Positions 35,742 through 47,757 of a DNA stretch of 64,000 bases are shown one piece after another. The stretch lies in contig NC_042997.1 of the NCBI RefSeq assembly GCF_006345805.1, positions 39,184,001 to 39,248,000 on the forward strand, read 5' to 3'. Below the pieces are notes generated by a model, which ran no database searches, was not told the origin of the DNA, and saw only the letters and a program-made list of their open reading frames with translations. The position numbers and the translations under genes were made by a program. Each line of letters starts with the position of its first letter. Position 1 is the first letter of the stretch. This stretch comes from Octopus sinensis (lineage: Eukaryota).

Positions 35742-36090
35742 AGATGAGGAATTGTGTACATTATTTACAGTATTTACAAATTGACAGATTTTTGTCCTCA
35801 TCTTGTTTGTTGTTAACACAACATTTCTGCTGATATACTACTATGCCATATGCCCATGGGCATATGGCGTAGTGGTTAAGAGCGCGGGCTACTAACCCCA
35901 AGATTCCGAGTTCGATTCCAGGCAGTGACCTGAATAATAATAACAACAACAACATTGAAAAATACCTTAGCAATGAGAACCCAGGTTTGAAATTTCCCCA
36001 AGATACCTGATGATGGCTGGAGGGTATATCAGCTGAAAGGTTGTGTTAACAACAAAGAAGATGCGGACAAATATCCATCAATTGTAAATA
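35742..36090. mobile_element. SINE family G, head-to-head inverted pair (tRNA-like head + hammerhead-like motif)
   Basis: The plus copy (35856-36090) has A/B boxes (TGGCGTAGTGG, GAGTTCGATTCC). The minus copy (35742-35855) shares the head and tail but is internally deleted. The junction is a perfect 24-bp palindrome. Confidence 0.8.
36002..36047 (+). ncRNA. degenerate hammerhead ribozyme motif inside SINE G
   Basis: GATAC-CTGATGA-T-GGCTG-(10-nt loop)-CAGCT-GAAA-GG-T-T-GTGTT. Stems I and II pair using G-U wobbles; stem III has C>G. Confidence 0.55.
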
Positions 36091-36514
36091 ATCATTCTAC
36101 TCATTATATCATGGAAAGCTGACAGGAAGAGGATGATGACGACACTGATGCCACATAGACTCATGCTCTTTTAATTAGCAAGTAAACATCTTTTAGCTAT
36201 GTGAATGTACTTTAATCATTTTAAATTGTTCTGTTATTAAGCAGGTGAATATTATGCTTAATCTTATTTCTGGAAAAATCATTATTCCTTGTCTGAGAAA
36301 TTAATGCTCTGTTACATAGGTTATGTAGAGAATTGTTCAGCTGTGATAATTTAAAATTAAATAGCCTTGATATGTAAAAGTATTTAGAAATGCAGAAAAA
36401 CCAATTATGTTTAATATTCACTGTTCTAGGTCTTCTTTGTTTTATCACTTAGAGGAGGATATTTTCCTCAAATTCCAAAACATAGAAGTAAAGGTTTACT
36501 GGAAATGTACTTAA

Positions 36515-36937
36515 ACTCTTTTGATACCAGCTCCAGACTAATATTAACTTCCTGTTTTAACCCATTAGTATTTAAACCAGCTGTTTCCGGCCCCAATATT
36601 CTACGTGTTTTATGTTCAGACTGGCCATATTCAGCCTCTCACACCTACCCTACAATGTCATTCTAAAAATGAGCAATCACATCATCAAAATCTTAAAGCT
36701 ACACGATAATGCATGATTACTTCAAAACAGTGTGAGTCAAAAAGCATTAAATTTGATGGAGTACTCTGAATATTAAAGGGTTAAAGTAGTCTTAATTAAA
36801 AACCTTCCATTAAAATTCCTTGTTTACGCTCCAAACACCAGATTAATAAAAGACAATGTTATTTTATTAAATTCATTATTTTCAAATTGAATGAGACAAA
36901 ACCATTGTATTTCAGCAGAAATATGGTAACAAAAGGA
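36515..36937 (-). mobile_element. composite MITE: M3 containing M2 (36561-36780)
   Basis: TTAA at 36511, 36557, 36781 and 36938; CCC/GGG termini on M2. Confidence 0.8.
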
Positions 36938-37439
36938 TTAAGTGGAATAAACTTTGGTAAAAGAATTAATTTATTATTGTAATACATATAAAATAATTTG
37001 TAAACTTAAAGCAATATTTCCAATTATAAAACAGAGTGAAGTTATGTTTCAGCTTTGATTAACAGCTATGCATTTTCACTTTGTCTACACACATCAATAG
37101 TTTATAATTATATAGTCATTACACAATTAGTTTTAAATTGGTTGCATATTCTTTCTTTAATGTTCAATATTTCTGCCATCCAGTTGTGTAATTTCAGGTA
37201 TTCTGTTTATACTTTGGTATACTGTTACATATATTTCTTTCTAACAAACAATAGTTGATGTACTTTTAGTAATGATACAGTATATTTGCACTTAGCTATT
37301 TGACCTCAGTGGATAATTACCACTGTCTTAATATTAATGCTTTTGTTTTTATATTTTGGCTTTCTCTGTAATTTAGTAAAGCTGAGTCTGGTAACATAAT
37401 CAGATATTAAATATTTATCTTTATCATCTACATTAACTC

Positions 37440-37650
37440 TTTACCATTTTAACCAGCCATATCTGGCACAAATATTTTGTTTTATGACCAGACAAACTGG
37501 ATCTGGCTTCTCACACCTACACTACAATGTCATTCTAAAAATAAACAGTCACTTCATTGAAATCTTGAAGTTACAAGATAATGCATGATTAATTCAAAAT
37601 AATGTGAATGAGTAAGCATTACATTTGATAGAGTAATCTGAATGCTAAAG
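37440..37650 (+). mobile_element. piggyBac-type MITE family M2, free copy
   Basis: Shares the CTCTCACACCTAC..TACAATGTCATTCTAAAAAT..GTAATCTGAATGCTAAAGG body. Confidence 0.7.
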
Positions 37651-38092
37651 GATGAATGTGTTTATATGTGTGTGTGTGTGTGTGTACACACAGACACACA
37701 CACACAAAATCCAAGCCTAGATGTAGATGAATGAATCTCTATTGAATTTGATAATAAGGATTCACCCGTTCAATCAAGTAAATTATTTGCTCATTGGATT
37801 AGCATGCAAGTGGGTAAGCATACCACAAACAGCTGTACCCCTAACATAATTCTCAGGCAGAATTAGCATAACACGGTATGAATCAGGGCTGTACCTTTGA
37901 ATTACAAGTACAAACCATTCAACAGGCTTTTTTACAAGTTCTTTCTATCCAATTTCACTCACAAGGTGTGGGTTGACCCAAGGCTAACGAAAATTGTCAT
38001 TTGTCCTGGATGCTTCAGAATGAGACAGAACTGAGGACCTTGTGTTGTGGAGTATTTTTCTTTTTTTTTTCAAAATATAGCTTTATTTACAA

Positions 38093-38477
38093 CTAGCAGT
38101 ATCGCCCGGTGTTGCTCGGGTTCGTAAGGGAAATAACTATAAAGCATTTTTAGAGAGTTATAGCCAAAAAAATAGCAAAAAAATGGAAATAAAATGATGG
38201 TAAATTTTTTTTGAGAGTTAAAAAGGTCGAGTCACGTCCCCTAGACAGTCTGTGGTTTGTGTTTCTGATTCTCGACCCCATGTCGAATTTATCGATTTTT
38301 TTCAGAACTGGGGGAACTTTTCAAAATTTTCACTGCGTTAGTTTTGAATTATGACATTGGGCTATGTGTGTGTCAAGTTTCATCAGAAACGGTTGAAAGC
38401 CGTGGTCAGGGTGAGGGTACAACCTGACAGACACACAGACACGCAGAGAGACAAACTGCCGTTTATATAGAGAGAGA
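38093..38477 (-). mobile_element. non-autonomous Helitron, variant interior
   Basis: Same 3' end (CTAG + hairpin) and about 115 bp shared with the 28755 copy; 38210-38400 differs; TC 5' end. Confidence 0.8.
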
Positions 38478-38479
38478 TT

Positions 38480-40050
38480 TAATTAGACTTGTCTCCTTCA
38501 AAGTAGTTCCTTCAATTTTTGATACACTACTCTCAACATTTTTTTTTCTCCAGTTTTGAAGCACCTTCTGAAACACATTTTCAGGGGCTGTGTGCAGTTC
38601 TCATAGCAAATATTCTTTGGTCCCTTCTATTGTCATATATCAGCAACATCTTGGATTGGATTTCAATTTTGGAGAAAAAGAAAATAGAAATCTGAAATAG
38701 TCAAATCTGGAGAAGGAGGTAGCTGAGGGACTAGAGTTGCTTTGTGCTTTGCCAAAAAGTCATGGATAAGGGGTGATATGTCAGCAGGCATATTGTTGTG
38801 GTGTAGCGACCAAGTTTTATTGCCTGCGCTTCTTTGCATTCATTGCCTGTCTTAAACACCTTAGGATAGCCAACTAAAACTCTGTCTTTTTAACACTTAT
38901 GGTAAACCTTGCCCTCCTGTCAGAAAAGACAATCACCATCACTTTCATGTCTGAGTGACTCTGACATGCATTTTTGTCACAGCAGTGGTATTCCAACTCA
39001 CTGATAACTGTATTTTCTTCCAACACCATAACCATACACCTGTGTTTCATCACTTGCTATGATATAGGCGTAGGAGTGGCTGTGTGGTAAGTAGCTTGCT
39101 TACGAACCACATGGTTCCGGGTTCAGTCCCACTGCGTGGGACCTTGGGCAAGTGTCTTCTACTATAGCCTCAGGCCGACTGAAGCTTGTGAGTGGATTTG
39201 ATAGACAGAATCTGAAAGAAGCCCATCGTATATGTATATATATATATGTGTGTGTGTGTGTGTTTATGTTTGTCCCCCCAACATCGCTTGACAACTGATG
39301 CTAGTGTGTTTACGTCGCCATAACTTAGCAGTTTGGCAAAAGAGACCGATAGAATAAGTACTAGGCTTACAAAGAATAAGTCCTGGGGTCAGTTTGCTTG
39401 ACTAAAGGCGGTGCTCCAGCATGGTCACAGTCAAATGACTGAAACAAGTAAAAGAGTAATATAGTTCAGAAGGCACTTGAATAATCAACAGCTCCTCACT
39501 AACTATGACTGAGATCTCTTTTTATTCACAGATTTTCTGGTAACATGATGCTGCATCTTCAATTCCTCTTTTATAATGATGTGGTATGTACTTTTACGGA
39601 GGCTTTTGGAAACTTCACAGCCAGTCAGGCTGCTGTCTAAAGCAATAGCAAACTGGGAATTATCACCTGATCATCTGAAGTTTTTAAACAAATTTCACTG
39701 ACAGTCAGTTGACAGTTTTCACAGATCACAGAACACACTTTTGTGATGTGATCATCATCTGTAGTCATGGAAGTTCATCCAAATTTGGTAGCATCTTCAG
39801 TGAATGGTTTTCTCAATTTGAAACATTGCTATGACTCATGGCTTTGCTCATTGTTTCAACAATCTTCTTCATAGGCCTGTGAAAATTTTCTACAATCTGA
39901 AACAGTGTTTAGCACAAATGCATTGCTCATCCAAATTTTTCATTGTTCAACTTGAAACAAATTGCCTTGTTCACAAAGTATACATTCGCTCTAGCACTTG
40001 CAGATCTATGACTAACTAACATGGTGTGATGTGGCTGTTATTAGAGCGAG
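38480..40050 (-). pseudogene. decayed mariner (DD34D) transposase, interrupted by SINE A
   Basis: Minus strand: MKNLDEQ.IC.K-like N-terminus, IIASDETQVYGY (first catalytic D region), MKVMVIVFSD, and a C-terminal ..YFEGDKS*. Many stops and frameshifts. Confidence 0.85.
39067..39458 (+). mobile_element. SINE family A nested in the mariner
   Basis: Full-length; ATATAG repeated at both flanks. Confidence 0.9.
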
Positions 40051-40222
40051 GGTCAGAGTCGCCCATACACAGCACTGCATATATATGAGAGAGAGAGAGA
40101 AAGAGAGAGAAAAACAAGTCAAATGAAGAAGAGATAAATAGCATGAAGTTAGACAAAATGTGATAGAAATATAAATGACACAATAATAATGTGCAGAATG
40201 AAATATATATATATATATATAT

Positions 40223-40650
40223 CATCATCGTCCGTTTTCCGCGCTAGCACGGGTTGGACGTTCGACCGGGATCTGGGAAGCCAAGGGCTGCACCAGGCTC
40301 CAGTCTGATCTGGCAGTGTTTCTACAGCTGGATGCCCTTCCTAACGCTAACCACTCCACAAGTGTAGTGGGTGCTTTTTTCGTGCCACCTGCACAGGTGC
40401 CAGGGGGGTCTGGCATCGGCCACGATCAGATGGTGCTTTTTACGTGCCACCGACACAGAAGCCAGTCGAGGCGGCGCTGGTGTCAGCCACGTTCGGATGG
40501 TGCTTTTTATGTGCCACCGGCACAGAAGCCAGTCGAGGCGTAGCTGGCGTCGGCCACGTTCGGATGGTGCTTTTTATGTGCCACCGGCACAGAAGCCAGT
40601 TGAGGCGGCGCTGGCAAAGGCCATGTTTGGATGGTGCTTTTTATGTGCCA
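40223..40650 (-). mobile_element. retroposon family D with 67-bp minisatellite (about 5 units)
   Basis: TGCCA recurs at 40445, 40512, 40579 and 40646. Confidence 0.9.
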
Positions 40651-40669
40651 TATATATATATTGCTACAT

Positions 40670-40970
40670 AAAAAGCCTCCAGTAAGCTCTGTAAAGTGGT
40701 TGGTGTTGAGAAGGGCATCCAGCTGTAGAAACAAGCCAAAACAGACCATGGAACCTGTTGCAGCCCTTGGCCTCACCAACTCCTGTCAAGCCATCCACTT
40801 CATAGAAAATGGACATTAAATGATATCATCATCATCATCATCATTTAGCATCCGCTTTCCATGCTAGCATGAGTTGGACGGTTCAACTGGGGTCTGGGAA
40901 GCCAGAAGGCTGCACCAGGCCCAGTCTGATCTGGCAATGTTTCTACGGCTGGATGCCCTTCATAACGCCA
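40670..40970. mobile_element. two D-family fragments joined tail-to-tail (+ 40670-40825, - 40826-40970)
   Basis: They share the central TGATATCATCATCATC junction. Confidence 0.8.
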
Positions 40971-41770
40971 ATATATAAAGAGAAATTGATGGAAATTTTC
41001 AGTATCTTGACCAAGATTATTCAATAACTTATACCAAGTTCAAATTAATAACAAATTCAAATGAAAATTTTCCCAAATGTTTTTTATTATTTATTATTGA
41101 AATAAATTTGGAAATGCAGCATGCAATCAAACGAGTTTTAGAAAATAAGTTTGTCATGAAGAATAGTGTAATGGATTTTCATATGACTTTTCTCTGTTTT
41201 TTTTTTTTTTTTGTATTTTCTTTTTCATTAAATGCTATTGGCTCTTGTCTCCTTTAAAGCAATTACAAGCCGGATTTTGTTTACAATTAATCCATTATGT
41301 TCTTGTCCTGCACACCTATTATATTACATAGTGTGGCTCCACGAGTCCTATGCAACCTAGAGTCACAATGTCATAGCAACTTTATCCAACTTGAAATACA
41401 AACAAAGTGTGGTTAAGAGGCTCGTTTTTGCAGCCACTTGGTTTCAGGTTGAGTCCCACTGTGCAGCACCTTGGAAAGGTGTCTTTTACAATAGCCATAG
41501 GCCTACTAATGCTTTGTGTGTGAATCTGATAAATGGAAACTATGTGGAAGCCCATTTTATATATATATATTTATATATATAAGATCCAAGAATCGATGTG
41601 TAGGAAGAAGGTCAGTTTCAAGGAAACTTTAGAAAATATAAAAAACAACTTTCTGGAACAATAGTGATTTATTGAGGTGGAAGGGTGTGGATTTTTCCCA
41701 TATTGAAGTATGGTTTACACCTCACTTGGATATTATCTACTACATTCTTTAACTCTTCTTATCTCTCTCT

Positions 41771-41814
<44 letters not shown>

Positions 41815-41815
<1 letters not shown>

Positions 41816-42070
41816 GCTGTTGCCAGCCTCGCCTGGCCCCCATGCCAGTGGCACGTAAAAAGCACCATCCGGCCGTGGCTGTTTGCCAGCCCCATGTGGC
41901 ACGTAAAAAGCACCCACTACACTCACGGAGTGGTTGGCGTTAGGAAGGGCATCCAGCCTTAGAAACATTGCCAGATCAGACTGGGCCTGGTGCAGCCTTC
42001 TGGCTTCCCAGACCCTAGTTGAACCGTCCAACCCATGCTAGCATGGAAAGCGGACGCTAAATGATGATGA

Positions 42071-42075
<5 letters not shown>
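41815..42075 (+). mobile_element. retroposon family D within (TA)n
   Basis: Core and tail; (TA)n on both sides. Confidence 0.9.
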
Positions 42076-42103
<28 letters not shown>

Positions 42104-42690
42104 AAAGAGGAGAGTATTGTAGTTCACTGGAAGCATTGTGTATTCTTTGTAAAATATAACGTGTCTTGAATGGCACAACAATGCAGAGGGGACTGTTATA
42201 ATGGTTATAATTTAATTATTCATTGTCTGATATAGTATTTTGGAATATGGAAATTCCTTCTTCAGATATTGCTGGCAATTGATCGAATCACTGCAATAAT
42301 CGGTTTTCCAACAGTTGCTGAAATTTTTTTTTTTTCCGAAGTGTCTCTGCAGTGGTTTCACGAAGCTCCTTCCGGAATTTCACATGAGAAGTGCGTGAGG
42401 GTGGCCATGTCTTGAGCTCGTGTGTGTTGACATATCCACAGTACTGTGCAGTTTTTAAAAATTCTTTTATAATATATGAGCATGTTACCAGAAATGAACT
42501 TACACGCATCCAGATGTAGCTAAATATTATATTGATTGCTAATTTCCACCCTGTTGTTAATTTGGGGCCCTAGTCTCTCTATATATTTATTGTTTTTCCT
42601 CTACGACCACTTGACAATTGGTGTCGGCTTATGTCCCCATGACTTAGCAATTTGGCAAAAGAGACTGATAGAATAAATACCAGGCTTTAA

Positions 42691-42889
42691 CCCTTTCGTT
42701 ACCAACCCGGCTGAAACCGGCCCTGGCTCTGAGTACAAATGTCTTGTTTTCATAAGTTTTGAATTAAAATCTCCCACCAAACCTTAGTCACAATTTTGAT
42801 AACTAAATTATTTTACTAAATTCTTTGTTATATTTAAAATAATTGAGAGAAACTAAGGGCATCTCAAAATAAATACAGTAACAAAAGGG
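42691..42889 (+). mobile_element. piggyBac-type MITE family M1 inside an A' SINE
   Basis: TTAA TSD (42687, 42890); TIR CCCTTTCGTTAC / GTAACAAAAGGG. Confidence 0.9.
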
Positions 42890-43253
42890 TTAAAAAGTAA
42901 GTACTGAGGTCGATTTGTTTAAACTCCAGCTTGGCTGCTGTTCAATGACTAAAACAAAGAAAAGATTTTAAAAAGAAACATTTATTTATAATTTGCTTAA
43001 ACTGAAAGTGAATCTTAAACATGCACTGTCAATTTATCTACAGTTGAAAGCTCAGATCATCAATAAGTGCTTTAAATACTGATTAATAATATTTAACTAG
43101 TATGTAAACTGAGTTTTAACATCTTTAGTAGTTTTGCCAGATAAAAAAGAAATCAGCCAATTTAGGTCAGTTAACTTATTTTATATACTTTATCAATGTC
43201 TCATAAGCATGTAATGACTAATTTTGACCTGAGCTGGATGTTTTCCTTAACAG

Positions 43254-43276
43254 CCGAATGTAGCCATCCAGTTAGC
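43254..43276 (+). CDS. candidate 23-nt microexon
   Basis: GACTAAT branch-like motif, TTTTCCTTAACAG acceptor, GTAAGA donor. Two frames are open (xECSHPVS or PNVAIQLA). Confidence 0.3.
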
Positions 43277-43844
43277 GTAAGACATAGTTTCTAAGGTAAA
43301 AGGTTAACACCAATCTGCATAGCAATTGATATAGACATATTTAAAACACTAACTTTTTATTTTCTGTTTTTATTTTATCTAAGTGAATGTATGTTGCTTT
43401 ATTATTCCATTTGTATTTTAGTCACTGATCAATTATCCTGGTTTTGTATGAGTCATCCTTTTAAGATCTATGTTTTCTTATGGCATAACTTAATGTTTCT
43501 ATGATCTCACTGTCCTGCGTTTCTAAGTGGCAGAAAAATGCTAGGTTTTTTTTTCTTTCTTTTGATATGAATGTTTACCCTGAAAGGAAAGGAATTTAAG
43601 TTCAAATGTGTCATTGTATTACATGTCCAAACAAGCAGAATTGCTTCTGTATACATCAACCTGTACTTCTGATACCCTATTTTATTCCACTTCATTTCAT
43701 TTGATCCCTGTCTGTTTTGTAAATTAATGCTGCACATCTAACAGATTGCAACCAGATCTTCCTTCAATTGGCAAATATCTTCTTCATTCATTGACTTTAT
43801 TTTTATCTCAATGCAATATCATGCTTCAGAGACATCAACGTGAA

Positions 43845-44184
43845 AATAAATATAAAATGGAAATTGTAGTTGTGATACCTGTGCCGGTGGCATGTAAAAT
43901 GCACCATCCGAACGTGGCCGATGCCAACGCCACCTTGACTGGCTCCTGTGCCAGTGGCATGTAAAATGCACCAACCGATCATGGGCACTGCCAGCCTCCC
44001 CTGGCACATAAAAAAGCACCCACTACACTCATGGAGTGGTTGGCATTAGGAAGGGCATCCAGCTGTAGAAACACTGTCAGATCAGACCGGAGCCTGGTGC
44101 AGCCTCCTGGCTACCCAGATCCCGGTCGAACTGTCCAACCCGTGCTAGCATGGAAAATGGACGTTAAACGATGATGATGATGAG
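43845..44184 (+). mobile_element. retroposon family D, long copy
   Basis: Leader, units, core and (GAT)n tail. Confidence 0.9.
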
Positions 44185-44417
44185 CTGGCGGCGAGGTGGC
44201 AGAATCGTTAGCACACCGGCCGGAATGCCTAACGGTATTTCGGCTACTGTTACGTTCTGAGTTCAAATTCTGCCGAGGTCGACTTTGCCTTTCATCCTTT
44301 CGGGGTCGATAAATTAAGTACCAGTTACGTACTGGGGTCGATATAATCGACTTAATCCGTTTGTCTGTCCTTGTTTGTCCCCTCTGTGTTTAGCCCCTTG
44401 TGGGTAGTAAAGAAACA
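44185..44417 (+). mobile_element. SINE family B inserted in the D tail
   Basis: 15-bp TSD GATGATGATGATGAG at 44170-44184 and 44418-44432. Confidence 0.9.
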
Positions 44418-45450
44418 GATGATGATGATGAGATACAGACATTGCATAATCTATTTATTTTTTGCTTAGAAAATTTTAATAAAAGCAACAACTCACTGAA
44501 GTTTTTTTTTCCCCCCACCTTCTGTTTCAAGCCACTCTCTGCCAACTTATACTTTTTGTGTATCTATTGTTTGCACTGATTGCACATCATATTCACTTCT
44601 CACATAATCAACAAGCCTACTTCCTTTATACTACTGGGCTTCAGTAGGATGAAAATTAACATGATGAGCTAGTATATAGTCTTCTGTTTTTTAACAACAA
44701 AGTTCTAATTATTTATCATCACATTCAAATATAAAGGTGAACCTCCAAATCGGCTACCTGCATGGACCTGCTTACATTTCAACTTGAAGTGTTTTGTTTC
44801 CCACCTGTTACTTCTAATTTATATTTGCCTTCTGACGTTTTAACTTCCTAATTGCTCATATCTCTAGTTGCGTTGCTTGATACCTTCTATTTGTTATATT
44901 CAACTATTTTTCTTCTTTTGTTGAATTTTAGTAGTAAAGTAGGATTAAATGTCAGATGTGATGCCTTCTACTGACATCTGATTTGTTAGCTTTCTCTTCA
45001 TGTGATTAACCTCCCCAACATCTTCCTAATTAGCTCTTTTCACTAAAACCAGCCAACTTGGTAATTAACCTGTTTTAGTTCCTCTCCTCTATGCCTGTTG
45101 CCATGTCGTTTTCAATACTGTTTGAAGATTAAATGCGAATGATTTAAAACACTCCTAATAAATTGAGATACTCAAACACTGTATCAATGTACAATCCCTT
45201 TTCCTCTTGATATTGCTTTAATCCTTATTTACTCAGTGTATGGGTTTTAATACAGACTTATAAAATCTGAATTCCTTCACTTGAAATTCTAATTTTCCCA
45301 TCTTAGTTTATCATAGAATAGACAATGCTGTGTCTGCAGATGTACAAATTTTAATTCATTTTGAAAAAGCCCAAGTTGATTTTGAGCATTTCATACACTT
45401 TATTCTGTCACATGCTATTTATTAAAAAATAAAAATAAATAAATAACATG

Positions 45451-45786
45451 CATCTTGGGCAAGTGTCTTCTGCTATAGCCCCTGGCTGACCAATGCCTTG
45501 TGAGTGGATTTGGTAGACGGAAACTGAAAGAAACCTGTCGTATATATGTATATATATATATGTGTGTGTGTGTGTTTGTGTGTCTGTGTTTGTCCCCTAG
45601 CATTGCTTGACAACCGATGCTGGTGTGTTTACGTCTCCGTCACTAAGCGGTTCGGCAAAAGAGACCGATAGAATAAGTACTGGGCTTACAAAGAATAAGC
45701 CCCGGGGTCGATTTGCTCGACTAAAAGGCGGTGCTCCAGCATGGCTGCAGTCAAATGACTGAAACAAGTAAAAGAGTAAAAGAGTA
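45451..45786 (+). mobile_element. SINE family A, 5'-truncated
   Basis: Starts at CATCTTGGGCAAG; tail intact. Confidence 0.9.
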
Positions 45787-46689
45787 CTCAAATGTAGATA
45801 TGTAAAATATATTTTAAAATTTACGGAAGTAAGTTTGATTTTGTTTCTCCATTATGAAAGAAGCATCAGTCACGAATGTTATGGTATGGCTTGTTGATAA
45901 CCATATATGCTTGGTTTACAAATTGTTATAAATAAAAAAAAAAACTGTGTACTTGTTTTTTGACACTCTTAATAGTTTGTTCAATAGATAATAGCTTTGT
46001 TTTTCTCAATGAATGATGATAAAAATATTTATTGTTTAACTTTGTCTTTTTCTGTCAACTTTAAGTATTTTACATTCCTTTCTTAAATTAAAAAAATGAT
46101 ACATTTATATTTTTACAATTAGTTAAGGTGTTATATTATTAACATGAACATTGCAACAGGAGTATTCAAAAATCTAGTCATATTGATAGTATCAACCTAT
46201 TCAAATCAAATTGACCATTTAATACTTCACTTATTTTTATTTCCTTTGAGGCTGCTTCAGGTATTTTGTAACCTGCTCAGATTCACTTGAAATTTTAGCT
46301 TCAAACTGTAAACCTAACTTTGCATTTTATGCTTGATGTTCTTGATTTTATTTCTCATTTCGTTATACCTGTTTCCATACATAATCATACGAGTCTACTC
46401 GTATGATGTGTCCTATTAACGTGACAGCAGTCTGTGACATTTTAAAAGTTTGCAGTCGCAAACAGGAAGCTTGAAATTTGCATTTCCTCAATTGCTCATT
46501 TGCAGTGAAGCTTGCTGCCACTTTGCAGTTTGTACATTAGTCATTTTGATATCCAATGATATCGAATAAAATTACTGTTACCTATTACTTTTGGTTTCAA
46601 TTATGAGTTCACAGACGCTCGAGAAAATCTTTTGAAATGTTTCTCATATTTCATCGTCATGGAAATTATAAATAAATTTTGGCTCTCTC

Positions 46690-47097
46690 TCTCTTTTTAC
46701 TCTTTTACTTGTTTCAGTCATTTGACTGCAGCCATGCTGGAGCACCGCCTTTTAGTCGAGCAAATCGACCCCGGGACTTATTCTTTGTAAGCCCAGTACT
46801 TATTCTATCGGTCTCTTTTGCCGAACCGCTAAGTGACGGGGACGTAAACACACCAGCATCGGTTGTCAAGCAATGCTAGAGAGACAGACACAGACACACA
46901 AACACACACATACATATATATATATATATACATATATACGACAGGCTTCTTTCAGTTTCCGTCTACCAAATCCACTCACAAGGCATTGGTCGGCCCGGGG
47001 CTATAGCAGAAGACACTTTCCCAAGATGACACGCAGTGGGACTGAACCTGGAACCATATGGTTGGTTAGCAAGCTACTTACCACACAGCCACTCCTA
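46690..47097 (-). mobile_element. SINE family A
   Basis: Full-length reverse-complement copy. Confidence 0.9.
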
Positions 47098-47435
47098 GTT
47101 ACAAATTGTTATCAACTTCTATGATTTTAATAGTATAGAAACTAATTTGAGAGTATTTGCATGAAAGAAGTGTCGCATTTAAACTTAAAACCCTTTTTTT
47201 AATCTTTATTTCTGAAGATTGACATAGAAGGGGTATAATTGTTCAATATTTAATGTAAAATAATTTATCCACCCCAAACTCAACCCCCAACCCTGTTCTA
47301 AAAGGTAGTATGACTAATATATTTAACTAAACTGGAGAGAGAGTTCAAGTTGTTGTGTAGCCCTTGATCTAGGACTGAGATGTTGAAGTTTGTTATAGCA
47401 ACAAAGTGTACTCCATACATGTCTAGATGGTCCTT

Positions 47436-47757
47436 CATCATCATCATCATCATCGTTTAACGTCCGTTTTCCATGCTAGCATGGGTTAAATGGTTCAACT
47501 GGGGTCTGGGAAGCCAGAAGGCTGCACCAGGCCCAGTCTGATCTGGCAGTGTTTCTACAGCTGAATGCCCTTCCTAATGCCAACCACTCCGTGAGTGTAG
47601 TGGGTGCTTTTTATGTGCCACCGGCACAGGTGCCAGACGAGACTGGTAAAAAGCCAAGATCGGATGGTGCTTTTTACGTGCCACCGGCACGGAGGCCAGA
47701 TGAGGCTGGCAACGGCCACAATCGGATGGTGCTTTTTACGTGCCACTGGCAACGGTC
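47436..47757 (-). mobile_element. retroposon family D
   Basis: (TCA)n, core and minisatellite units. Confidence 0.9.

Noticed and set aside
40381-40650. Regularly spaced GC-rich repeats resembling a CRISPR array (also at 23226-23480)
   Set aside because: The whole 67-bp unit repeats with no unique spacers, it lies inside a retroposon, and there are no cas genes in this eukaryotic context.
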